Shown in pieces: positions 22,089 through 37,967 of a stretch of 45,933 nt of DNA; positions within the stretch are counted from its first letter, which is position 1, and each line of letters begins with the position of its first letter. A model generated the notes under the pieces. That model did not search any database. It was not told the DNA's origin and worked only from the letters and a program-made list of their open reading frames with translations. Made by a program: the position numbers and the translations under genes. Source of the DNA: Bigelowiella natans CCMP2755 (Eukaryota > Protista > Cercozoa); assembly GCA_000320545.1 (NCBI GenBank), contig ADNK01003172.1:1-45933 (forward strand). The letters run 5' to 3'.

Positions 22089-23400
22089 CAGTCTCAATGG
22101 TCTCACGCAACAAATGATGTCGGACAATGCAGCACAATTGTTCGAGGTCAATTGGAGATTCAGCACCTGATGTTTTCGGGGCAAGAATGGCTGAATTCAC
22201 ACCTTTTTCACGTGTCTGCATTGTGAGACATTGATCGTGAGTGTTTTCCGTCGAAATGGGCGCTCATGAAAAGTGTCCCAGGATGCAAAGAAGTGAAGAA
22301 CCCTCAACTCTGGAACTTGTCGCCTTGTTGATTGAGGAGGATGTGGACGAGTGAGGTCGCACATCCCACTGTGCTTCAACCACCGCTGGAATTGCTTCGT
22401 TCATTCACTCGTTCAAGTTGATTGCACCATGTCTGAAAACACTTCGTTCTGCGTTCATCGTCCAAGCTTCGTTGACTTGTTCGAGAGATTGAGCCTCCCG
22501 TGACTGGTTGATGGTGGCGGGACTGCAAGGGTTTTGAAGTTTTGAACTTCTCAGGGTCATGCAGGTTCGATTCTCTTTTGATGAACACCAGACGTCTTCA
22601 CTGACACCAGTGACTCCTGAAGAACTTCCAAGATTCAACAGGATGGCTGCTGAGAAGGGCGTCCCCCGATGCTGAGACAATGCGAAAGAGTGTCGGCACG
22701 CCCAGTCTGCTGAGCGAAAACTGGACTGGTGGAGAGTGCACGTGATTTGATCGAGCGAACTTGGAACGTCGACTTGTGAACGGCTGTCCAGGCGTTTGAG
22801 TCATGTTGAGCCCATGCGCCTCTGGACCTGCAACAATTGATGGAATGCTGACACGTCGACCAGACTAGCAGTGATGACCAGATGAGTCAGATGCAATGCA
22901 GACTAGCAGAGAGAATTGCGACTCTCATCAGCACCCCTAGACCCGTCTAGCCGTGATCGATGTTGAACAAGGGCATGGCTGAATCGAACAGCCAGCTAGC
23001 CAGGCCCAGAGGCCAGCAGGCAGAGACCAGCTAGCCTCAAGCAGGGCACTGATGTGTCAGACGACGTGCAAGTGCTAGAGTGTGCGATCGATGCGATCGA
23101 TTTCATTGCACCGCATCAGCATGCGTGACGTGGAGGATGCAGAATGCAATCATCTGCGTGCATGCGTCAGAATCAAAGGAACTAGGGAACCGCATCATGG
23201 ATGAATTGTGCCATTTTACCCGCCGGAATGCGCAAAAGCGGAAGACTCGCCAAAGTGCCTAAATCGATGAGTCAATTGGCTGGACACTTCTCTAGTTCTA
23301 GACATGCACGCTGTTGCAGCACATGGCGGCTGCGCAAAATGCTAGAATGCATTCATTTCACTAGTGAAAAAACCAATTTTTGATTGAAAAATGGTTTTCT
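22089..23400. other. Fully TpA-erased tract (probable dead gene or element plus spacer)
   Basis: No TA in 22089-22865; 14 TA in 22866-23400, of which 12 are CTAG. Confidence 0.9.
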
Positions 23401-23520
23401 GCGCACACTATTATTGGGCAGAGCAGTTGACATCACACGTGGCTAATTGACACCGATCGATGCAATCGCTTTGGCTTCATTCTCTTTGTAGGGACGAATC
23501 ATCTGCAACTTGCACTTGCA

Positions 23521-25155
23521 CTAATCGCTCCTTGTGTTTAAGAAAGAGTTGAGCTGCTTCGTGAGAAAAATGTCACTTTTCCCTTCATCTCCAATGTTCC
23601 AAAATCCAAAGCCTCTGGGCTTGGCGCTCTCGCTCGGAGGCTGGGTGTACGCTTTACGCAGGTCCTGGCCTCCAACAAAGAGAAATTTCCCGCTCGATTC
23701 CTTCGCCCAGCCATTTGCAAGGCCAATAATAACTTTTGTGTTCTCGACAGATACCAACTGAGAGCCGAGCCTTGGGAAGGCAACCTCCCAGCCTGTGTGC
23801 ATCTTTGAGACAAGCTTACTAACGTAAGAGCTAGGGCGCTGGTCGAGCTGTGTGATGTTATAATTTGCTGTCGACCAACCCTCATAGAGCTGCACTGTCA
23901 CCAAATCGAACGTTTGGGACCCGTACTTCGCCAAGAGGTAGGCGTACGTATTGCGCCCATGGTATGGGAAATCCAGCTGTTGCCATTGAGCAACAGGTTG
24001 ATGCGTCAGCTCGAGACTATAATCCTTGCTCGCCACTGTGAGGTAGCTTTGAGCAGGTGCCATTGCGACGATGTACCCGGTCCTGAAAATGAAGGAGGAG
24101 TGGCAGATTTTAAAAGGAGGGAAAGGTAGATAAAAGCTATGGATACGGGCGAGTTCTGATTTTGGCGACGAATTAGCACCGCAACACGTAGATGGAGGAC
24201 AGAATAGATAAATTAGCAACCTTTTAGCTGCTTGAGACATTTCTCCAACAAGGTCCATAGTTTCAAGTGATATTTTGTTGAATGGGCTGGTAGCATTATC
24301 ATTTCCCTCGATGTCCCAGTCTATGCCATCAAAACCATTGAATCCTGCGAGAAAGCAAATGAGCGAGAGAAGGACAACAGTGGAATAATTGCGTAGCAGT
24401 GGGCAACAAATGCCCCCCTCTTTACCCTCCCTCGATTAAGCCTGCCACCTACCATATTCTGGCTGCGCTGCAGTCTCTCTATTCCACTTGTTCCAGGCTA
24501 TTGACAAAAATAATTAGGACAGAATTGGGGCATGGGTTGGTAGGAAGCCGTATTACCTTCAAACCACTCACTTCCTGAGAACTCTGTGTTTGGGTGGGGT
24601 GAATTCCATCCTCCGATCGACATGAGATGGACAGTGGGAAGTTGTTTGACCCGAAGAGTCTGAGCAACCTAAGGGGGACGATGGAAACATGCTCAGCGCG
24701 ATTTATCCTTTGAGTGCGAAAAACACGCACAACTTACTTTTCCGACGCACTTTAGATCCGTACAGCTTTCGACAAACGGTTTTGAATCTTTCTCAGACTT
24801 CTTCAGATTAGTGTTGAACCACACCTAGTATCGTTCAGAATTCGTCGGCAAAATTTTTCGTGATCAACCAATTAAATTCGATATTAAATCAACATACCAC
24901 AACGTTGACGCCATTTTCAACCGCCTCAACAATCTTGTTGTCGCACTCGCACCAGTTGGCGTAGCCCAAAAGCACCTTTTCAGGTAAGGCGTTGGATGCA
25001 CCATGCAGTTGTTTCTGCTCCTGTGTTTCATCACCAGCCATTCGATCAAGTGCCGCTTTCGAGGAAAGAACTTGATGTCCCTCAGCGAAGTGGCTGTGCC
25101 AATGACCAGCTAAAATGAGCGCAAGCAGCGATGTGAGGAATCGAGGAGACAACAT
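23521..25155 (-). CDS. Secreted glycoside hydrolase family 18 (chitinase-like)
   Basis: Signal peptide MLSPRFLTSLLALILAG; VLLGYANW; HLMSIGGWN; intact catalytic FDGIDWDIE; VTVQLYE; GFGFWNI. Confidence 0.9.
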
Positions 25156-25746
25156 GGTGTCCTCCCCGGATGGGATGTGAGATGGGATTAGTTTTTATTT
25201 GACAACATATTAAATCCAAAAAACCATTGTCTCCCTCCTAATTTGGCATGCGTTTTTGTCTCTCTTAAAACGCCCATTCGTCACAGCAAAGGCAATTATA
25301 CTAAATTTATACTTTGCGACATATAAAATCCCATGTCGTCAAAGTTCCAGATGACTTGGACGAAATCTGCTGTCGTTAAAAACCGAGCTTGAAAAAGCGG
25401 AAAATCCGTAAGAAATATGCGCGGAAAATATCATATATTTTTTACATATGATTGCATTCGATTAGGTGTTTCCATACCACGGAATTAGCTGTCATGTTTG
25501 CTCTCTCCATATTTCTGGTAAAAATATATCCGACTTACATCGTACAAATAGCAGTATCTGTTTGGAGAAAATTTGGCTCCCTTTTCAGTTTGGAAACTTG
25601 CAGTCTTGATGTCGTTATAGGTATAATGCCATCTGTTACGGGAGTTTATCAATTCCAATCTTCCCTCCGCACCTTCTAGCAGCACTCACTCACGGGGGGG
25701 AAGCAGGACGAGCTTCTGGAGCGAAGCGAGGAGGACAAACTACAAG

Positions 25747-27666
25747 ATGGTAACTAAATTACGGTAACTTATATATCTGTCTCATATGATAATCTTAACA
25801 ACATCTCAGCGCAAGGACGCCTTCCTGACCAACTACAAGAAGGCAAAGGCCGGCGATGTGGGCAAGGGGACGAAAAAGAAAAAAAAGAAGCGCAAGACCC
25901 TTGAAGGAGGGCTCCAGACAGCGAAGAAGACCTCCGCAGCTCAAAGTGCTATTATGGCCAAGTACATGACGAAGAAAGCTAACACTGGGGGTGACTATGC
26001 AGCACCGAAGAAGAAGAAAAAAAGGCGCAAAAAGCATGCTGCGGCGAAGGACAGCGGCGGCCTCAAGGTGATAGACGAGGATTACGACTGGAAATCAGAT
26101 AACCGCCAAACCCTTTTCAGCGCTATTGAAGAGGCTAAACGAGCCGGTGCCGCGATCGTGACAATGGAAGAAGCCCTAAGCAAGTCGCAGAAGGAGGAGG
26201 AAGAAGCGATATTCAAGAAGGCTCGCATCAGCCGCGAAGATGGGAGTGGCTGGGTTACCGTTGATCAAAGCAAAAAAGATGATGATGACGCGCCAATGAG
26301 AGAAGATTCTGGTGATGAATCTGGCTCCCCGCGTGCTCGCAAGCGCCACGACTCTGACGCGGACGACTCTGAAAGCGACGGGGGGGGGGCAAAGCGGCGC
26401 ATGGATAGTGATGACGACGACGAGGAGGAGGAACCTGTGGCAAGGAGGAAAGGAAAATCGTCTCATGACGATGGGAGCACTAACGATGACAAAGATTCAT
26501 CCCCTGTGCGAAGGAGAAGAAGAGCCAGGCATGACTCGGACGACGATGATATGTCTCCTGTGAGAGCGAGGAGGCGAGAAAAAGGGGGTTCCAAAGCTGA
26601 TGAGGACGATAACGATATGTCGCCCGTCCGAGCCAAACGCGGGAGGAAAGGAGGGCGGGGAGGAGGTGGGAGTGACGATGGCGATATGTCCCCTGTTCGC
26701 AGGCGCCGAAATGGCCGGCGATCGGCCGCTTCAGATAATGATGATGATGATGATGATGATTTAGATCCTCGACGAGGGAGACGGGGTGGTGGTACTGAGA
26801 AAGAAGACCTTTCGCCGCCCCGTCGGCGCAGCCGCGTTCCAGCGGACGACGGTAGTGATATATCGCCCGTCCGTCGAAGGCGGAATGACAGCGATGGCGA
26901 GGAGGATATGAGTCCTCAACGAGGAGGAGGAGGACGAGGAGGTAGAAGAACTAGACACGATTCCGATGATGACAACGATGATAGTGATGACTCCGAAGAG
27001 GACGAAGAAGCACCTCAGAAACTTGGTCTGTTGACCTCTAAGGAATTCACAACGCAAAATCTGAAGAAGGAGCAAGCGAAGCTCGATGAGCTGAAGAAGA
27101 TGCAAGGATCTCAGTCGGGTGCGAATGCCGCGACCGTGTTCCGTGATAAGCGCGGCCGCCGCCTCGAGAGCCTCGAGAAGTTCAAGGCAATACAGAGTGG
27201 CAATTACGTCGACAAAGAGGACGAAGGCATGGAGTGGGGCGCAGGCTTGAAGCAAAAGGAGGAGAGGGAACGAGATAAAAGGGAGATGAAAGCGCTCGCC
27301 GAAGCGCCTTTCTCTCGGTCCCGCGACGACCAATTCATGAATGCACACCTGAGACAGAGGGATAGATGGGGAGACCCGATGCTGGCCGCGATAAAGAGGA
27401 AAAAGAAGAAGAAGCAGAAGCAGCAGCAAAAGGCCGCGGCTGGGGAGGGGGGGGGCGACGGCGGCGCATCCGCCGACAACGTTTCATCCGCACAACGTCC
27501 CTATTTTCAAGGTGATCCCTGGCCAAATCGGTACGGTATCCGTCCAGGCTACAGGTGGGACGGACGTGACCGTGGAAATGGGTGGGAGAAGAAGAGAATG
27601 TTGCATCTCAACAACATCAAGGCCAGGGCTGTGGATAATTACCATTGGTCTGCCTCGGCGATGTGA
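25747..27666 (+). CDS. BUD13: Pre-mRNA splicing RES complex subunit Bud13/Cwc26
   Basis: RHDSD and DMSPVRRR repeats; TVFRDKRGR; WGAGLKQ; RWGDPM; NRYGIRPGYRWDGRDRGNGWEK; probable ATG-only first exon. Confidence 0.95.
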
Positions 27667-28559
27667 TCGGTGACAGCGAAATGAATCGTTGCGATGCAAG
27701 AACATGTGTGCATGTAGGTGCATGCCTTCTCATCCATCTATGAATTGACGTATAATTTAAATGAGTATTTCGTACAATTCTCAGTAAAATTAACATGTGC
27801 GCATGTGCGCTGGCATTGATACGTATGATACGTGTGTGTTGTATGAGTGTGTTGAATGCACGTGAATGGACTATGCTATGAGCATGCCTTTATCACACTA
27901 GGTGCCAGATGACTATAGATAGCCAGACATTGAAAGCGTAATGAGTAATGACGCAACATACGTACGATACATACAATCGTGAGCGACCATACGCACGCAT
28001 CTATTGATCAGCAGTGCGCGAAACAATGTGACACACACTAATCTAGTAATATAGCTGTGCTACTGTACATTTATTCGCTCGTAACTGGACGAGGGCATGC
28101 GACACGAGCATGTTATTAGACGGATGTAATGAAATGTTTAAATGTTTTCAATGGTCATCCTAATGCAGCTGTGCAGTGCAGTGGGTACAGCGCTTAAATT
28201 GTGTCTGTTTGTTTCCCTGGTCACGAGCATATTGTGTCCACTGTTATCGATTCCCGCACTGCCACTGAGGCACATTCAAAATGAACAGCCTTCGATCATA
28301 CGGTACGTACGTGCAACATCACTGCAGTCATTTTATCATGCTTCGCAGCAGTGTGCAGACCGTGCCAGCAGCCTAGCTTAGAAACGCTGGTGCGACATAT
28401 AGCATATCGTCATGCTCTGCTAGCTCTGTCGCATCAATATTATAGTAATACGTGTATGCAATACGTACACATCATAGCGAAGACTAACAGATTCAACATT
28501 AGCGCTGTAGCCGCTGCATTGCACATCTACATAAGGATGACCATTGAACAAATTTAATT

Positions 28560-29680
28560 GATTGATTATATCCGTCTTCCGTACGTACGTCGGGAATTTC
28601 CGTCGAGCAGTGTGGGAGTCTTAAAAAATTAGAGAACTGTACTATCAACAGCCCTCCGAAAGACATGATTTTCTCTGAAATGTGCAGAGTAACACATGGA
28701 ATGTATGGGTTTTTGCAGTTAGCGACAATCATCAACTTGGGCAGATCTGTCTCTTTTAAGATGGCGCCTGGTACGCATGTGCACTTGTCTCTATGATGCA
28801 TAATAAAGTTTCTACCTTTAAATTTAATGGATATTCTGGTTTCAGCATTCTTTCTGGATACATGATTATATGCACGCGATATATGCTATGTCTCTAGGCC
28901 TTGTCACCTTGTGGTGTCGTTAGCTTTGACATTCTGCTGCTTCGATGATGACGACGAGGGCACTACTTTCGGCATCGCTGGCGGCATTCTATTAGTAGCG
29001 CGTTCGTACTCTTCCTCAAGGAAAGCACAGCGCTCGAGTGTGCGGTCTCTTTCTACTTTTGCGATCTATAGCATATAGGGTATTTTTTGGCAAGGTATTG
29101 AATCTTATGTAGTGTCGTTGCAATAGATGGCTAAGAAGATGCAAGGAGGGTCTGATTTCGTATTTGCTACAATTCGTAGCGTTCACGACTTATCCCGTTG
29201 TTAAAGAGTGATAGTAGCAGTGTGCGTGAGACATCAATATGCAGCCCTACCTCAGCCTCCATCCTGAGTCTCACGGTTCTTTTCTTTTCCGAAGTTGTCT
29301 GTGGGAGGTGTGGTCAGGGCCTAAAGTGCTCCATGCGACTAGCTATTCACTAATCGAGATTCTTCGATTTTTGCCGAAAATCTCCTATGGAAGAAGAAAC
29401 GATAAGGTCTACTCGAGCGTCATGCTACAGGAATGCACACTATTGTTCCCCTCTCGCCCCCACCCTAGCCAACTGAAAACCTCGAGCTTGTAGTTGTTGA
29501 GCATATCCAGCATCCAATTTAAGGACGTATCCCGACGATTCTCAGTGGCAGCTGCAAGGGTAACATAACAATCATGACGATAGCGAAGCAATAAATCTCT
29601 TCTTGAATCTGATGTGTAATCTTCTAACGTGCATATTGTTTTGGAGGGCTACTCACTGTGGAACTCTTTGTCATCGTTCA

Positions 29681-29717
<37 letters not shown>

Positions 29718-29739
29718 ACATGTATATGTTATGATATAA

Positions 29740-29780
<41 letters not shown>

Positions 29781-31251
29781 TATATATGTGCTTATATATG
29801 CATTCCCTCCCTCCCTCCCCTCCTCCACCGTACAATCTTACCCAGAGTAGCGGTGTTGGCCAACATAAAACGCTCCATGTCTTTCCCCCTCATGCTTAAA
29901 TTCTCATGCTGCTTGTTCAGCTACGTGAATTGAAAGAACGCCGATCAGAGACGGGTAGATTGGTATCGGATGTGTATTCACGGATGTGCAACAACTGCCT
30001 ATTTGATCGATCACACAGATGAGAGCGGAGGAACAGCTATCTTCGGCATATTACCTTTTCGAATACTGATTCCACTTCCTCAATGGCCTCCAGGTATTTG
30101 TAGTACCTCCTCGGTTGATCCTGCACAAGCACACACACACACACACACAAATTATAATCATATCGGGAAGATATGTATGAGGGGCTGGCTATCATGGTAC
30201 ATCGCGGAATCTTCATTAAAAAAAACTTGAATAAGGATTGGTGGAGAACGTGTTATAAGTTGTGTAGCACCGTGGCCTTTGCTGTCAATTTGGCTCTGAA
30301 CTTATTGTAATCTTTTGATACGAGGACTTTTCTGACAGCAATATGCTTGTGATCATGAACATGGAGAGGGTTTGCATTCCATGCTAGCAGCTTCGGCGCT
30401 CATGCATCAACAGCTTTGGCTCATAAATCACATCCTCCTACTTTCATACTCCCCTGCATGCTTCTCTAATCAGCCTAGAAATTTCTTCCCGTCCGCCTTA
30501 CCCTCCCATAAAAAATTATTACTTTTCTAGTCGCTCTCGATCCTTTTCCAAGTCCTTGGATAATTTAGTCTTCTTCGAAAGAGCGTCAAATTCGTCTATC
30601 CTGACGGGTTATAATCGTTGTTATTGCACCCAATCATCATCACCATCGTCACCATCGCCATCATGTTGTCGTGATCGCATCAGAGAGACGAAAATTTGTT
30701 CACCTCATAGTTTCTTTCTTTGTGAGAAGCTTCAGCCCTAATGATTTTTGGTTGTGTTCCAATTTGCGTGCGAAAAATGGAATGGGGCACAACACAAGCG
30801 GCATAGATGATTGATTACCTTCGCAGATTCCTAGTTCATTTACATCTTGCTCCGCCCTCTCGGTCGCGCTTTCTCGTGCGGAAGAGCGGTGCGTGACTGA
30901 TGTAGGCGCGGACTTAATATTAACTATTCGCCTGATCCTCAGTATTTGCTGCGTAGCCTGGAGGCACGTGTCGTGTAATGTTTTGATCGATTCCAAAGCC
31001 AGTAAATCGACACTTTCCTCCTTAGCCTCCATGCTAGCTTGATGGAGGTCATCGGTAAGTGACGACAAGCTCGACTGCAGGGTTCTAAGCGCTTTCACGT
31101 TGCTTCGAAGCTCTTCGAGCGGCTTGAGATTGCTAGGCGGAGTAGTCGATGAGTCGTGGTCCTCCTCCTCTTCGTCAACGTTGGCATGCTGGAGAAAGGA
31201 GAAGCGACTCGTTCGGTGACTACCATCCATACCATCGACATCTCCCTGCAT
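28560..31251 (-). CDS. Hypothetical coiled-coil protein, multi-exon
   Basis: Long first exon (LEELRSNVKALRTLQSSLSSLTDDL) and later GT-AG-bounded helical exons (TTSEKKRTVRLRMEAE / IAKVERDRTLERCAFLEEEYE); ends approximate. Confidence 0.6.
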
Positions 31252-32567
31252 AGACCTTTCTGAACCGATGACGGGGGGGATGGAGGGGCTCTTTCTTCTA
31301 AGATTTCTTTCCAGCGAAGTGTTTTGGGGGGACAGCGTCGTCGGTTATCGGGAAGTCGTCGTCTGCCTGCAAATTTAATGGGGCCTTTTTTAGAGCCATA
31401 TATATCCTAAATGAACGTACATATTTATATCTGTTCAAAAAGGCGATATATCGGCTAGTATGAAATCAAAGAAATAGGGAAAAATTAAAGCAGATAATAT
31501 CTAGGAAATAATACTAGTTGCTGTTCCCAGCAGCTAGCTCCAAAGTGAAACTTATACGAACGAGAACATTCTTTTCCAGTCCTTGTCGTCGGATGATCAA
31601 TTGGTGCAGTGCCCTGCGACCAACGGTTTTGAGAAAAATATAGAATTTTGTTCTTACGACTTGCTCTGAAACTCTGTCGCAGGACAAAAATCACATTGAT
31701 TTCCATGTCTTTTCCGGTTAAGTTTGAAAGTGAGTTGCCTGTAATTTGCTCCCGAAGGAGCCAGCACACAAGCCCATTTCAAATCGACGGACGCCACCTA
31801 AATTTCAACCGAAACTAAAACGTCATGTAAAAGTGCGTGCGACATAGATATCAATTTGTCGCAATGATGGAAAGGATCCCTTCTGACCTTTTTTTGGTCG
31901 CAGGCTACTCTGAATTTCGCCAACTGGCACACCCCATCAACGACCTTTCATCGAAAGAGTGAGAGAAAGAGAGGGGAGGAAGGACCCTTCTCTACCACCG
32001 ATCCAAGCCACTTCCCCTCACCGAACTCTTATCTATTTCGACAACCTTCGAAGCGACACCGTTCTGCGCCTCAAAAATTGCGCTTGTTTACCGCTGCAGA
32101 ACCTCCTGCTGCTTCAGTGAGCAAGCGACCCTGGTCCTCGCCTGAAATCGAAGGAAAATCCGTTTAGTTCTGGTTAGAATTGAAGAGCCTATTCACACAT
32201 TATACATATCGAATTACATCCGAAATTTAAGTCGACGAATGTGTTATTCTCTCCCCGGCTGTATGACTGATCAACCCGTTGTTTGCTTGCACGATCTTTC
32301 TTCCCCTCCAGCGTGCGGGCGGACGCGGTGACGCGTTGCTCGAAATCCGCTCGGATTTTACGTGACGTTCGTTATCAAATAAAGTTGAGTCCTGCTGATT
32401 ATATGTCGGGCCTACAGGATGCAAGAATAGAAATCCCTCGCGCTTTTATGAAGAGGTAGTTCGTTCGTATTCGGAAGACAGGGTCAATAGTAGGGTATGC
32501 TATGTGAGCTATAGATAGTTAAAGGACCAGGAAAATAAAAGTGGAGATATCTGATGTAGGGGAGTAG

Positions 32568-35587
<3,020 letters not shown>

Positions 35588-36637
35588 TGGCAGGAGATTG
35601 CAGTGTTGATCCTCCCCGGAAAAGGGGATGATGAGATCTGTATGGGCCAGGAAATGGTGGGGCGAGACGGATAAATAATGCCCATGCAGTAGTGACAGAA
35701 GTGCGCGAGAGAAGGGCAGGCGGGAAGTGCATTTTCCATGTCCCGCCCAAGCAAACAGTGTATATACGAGCTTCGATTCCACGGCATGCGCTTGACTGAG
35801 TGACCATCGCTGTGCTAGCGTGCTTTCCAAATAAATTACCGGAGTCGTATACATTCATCAAATCTTCCTCGTGATATCAAACAAGACTCAGATCGCAGTT
35901 TCAGTTATAATCAAAGAGCTTGTGTGTAATCTAAGCGCGTGCACGTCGTAGCTTAATTGTACACGTGGCGCCATGTGGACTGACTTCAATAATTTTTATT
36001 TATAAAGTGATGTTTCCCCAAACATAATTCTCTATACGTACAAGAGTCGCTACGTACATCTAGACATTTGATTTGAAAAATTGACTTCTTGCTATAGGGA
36101 CACTAGCATAGTAGCGTAGCTATAGGCCGTGGAGCTCTAGAGAGTAACTCTAAAGCTAGCTAGCTGTCGTAAGCAGTCTAGCAGTGCCGCATGCATGCGT
36201 GCGCGCATCGATATAATAAACCTATCTAGCTATGCTGAGCGAACACTATAGCAGGCTACACTGTACTACTGTACATGACCATATACATGCAACACATTGC
36301 TGTAATGACAATAACAATGCCTACTTGTGTCGGCTCGCACCGTACCGCCGGCATCACACTCTGAAGTACAAGTAGACAGCGGCCGCTGCTAGTACGATAC
36401 AAAAGTCTGCTGCTAGGTATAGCTAGATAGTTCTAGTGGTGCTCCCTAGCATCATGAGCTACTATACATCCGATATTTATTTATGCATTATTGCATTACT
36501 GCTATATATGCAGGTGTATTTGAATTCCATCACTACGATACCTATATATCTAGCTATGTGCGATGTATGATGTGGCAATAAGATTGGTGTGATGCCAGCT
36601 AGACATATATTTATGTATGGATGACAACAAAAAAGGC

Positions 36638-37292
36638 CTACGATCCTCTGTAGGTAGTATAACCAAACGGGGATAGTAGAAGCGGAACATGGTAATGCTC
36701 TCCTAATTTTGTTCGAAATACAATGGAGCACTCGGGATAAAAGCACTCTGTGTTTTGCGCCTTGTAGTAGCCGTCTGTGTCTGCAAAATAGTGGATGAGG
36801 TAAACGTAAATCGTATGAATAGAATATTCAGTACAGCGTTTTCTACCAAACGTGATCATGTAAATGCCAGCGCCAATAGGCTTGAAATCTTTGACCCTTC
36901 CGTCGGAATTTGTAACGTGCGACGAAAGCTTAGCGTAACTTCCCTGGTTAGGCAATTTTAAGAGAGCACTTATAAAAGTATAAACTACTGAAACTGATAG
37001 GACATATGATATGTATGATGTTGCACTATGTTTGAGTCGAATCTCATACATCTTCTTGTTTCTGGTAAAGAGTCATATTCAGCCCTTTGCCAGGTGTCCC
37101 AAGAGCCGTGTCTAGAACGTGACTGGATATTGTCGCTGTATTCTGATCGTGCTTTGCCTCTGTTGTAGCATGACAACTTAGTATTGAAACTCTACGGTAT
37201 GGTATCTGCGGTCCCGTTATTGTTGAGGAAAGAGGGGTGGTGTCTGTGATTATTCACAGGGATCGTGAGCGGATACGTCGAGATACAATCAT
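36638..37292 (-). CDS. uraH: 5-hydroxyisourate hydrolase (transthyretin-like)
   Basis: ISSHVLDTALGTPGKGL; TNSDGR; FYPE; HYHVPLLLSPFGYTTYRGS signature; PTS2-like RVSILSCHA; start uncertain. Confidence 0.93.
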
Positions 37293-37967
37293 CGAGAATG
37301 TCTATCGTCCCAACGCAGACTCCTCGGACGTGTGGCCCGATTCAAAAAGAGGCGTATTAGCATGCATCTATTAAAAAAAAAAAAGATCTACATACAAATG
37401 GGTCAATCTAATCGAGGTGGGTGCATGGAACCTTCCATGGTAAGGGGAGGGCTGCTGGGCGATTTCTTGGAAGAAAAAGAGCCGAGAATTAATCAGAATT
37501 ACGTCGATTCTTTGTCGCAGTAAAAAATTGTCATTGATTTCCATTGAACTCAGCATCTCTGTGCTATACAATTAGAGGACTACCAAAAACAATGAACTCA
37601 GAGCAACATCAGGCAACATTTACAACAATAACCCCACAGAGAATGCGTAAAATCCAAGAAATTTTCCGTCTGTGACTCGTGGATGTAAAAATACACACAA
37701 TCGCGGATTTGCCCTTATCCGCTGGGATGTGCTTGACTGACTTCATTGGTGCATAAAAATTGGGAAAATTTTATATATTTCTACGAAAATCCCCTGCATT
37801 TTGTTATAATTTCGAAGAATTTCTGTGCAGCTTGGCAGTGAGTACTTGCACTTTTACACAGGCGCGCGTTCTCACCCCCCACCCCCCGTCTCAGGCGGTG
37901 CTTCTTCACAGATCGCCATCAGTTCTTCCGACGAAAAAGAGTCTTATTTTCGGGGGTTTTATCCGCC

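Noticed and set aside
22089-22865. CpG methylation decay or classical RIP as the cause of the TG/CA excess
   Set aside because: CpG is plentiful and TpA, the RIP product, is the missing dinucleotide
22866-23400. CTAG motifs as Helitron 3' ends
   Set aside because: Too many and scattered, with no consistent subterminal hairpin or A/T insertion context
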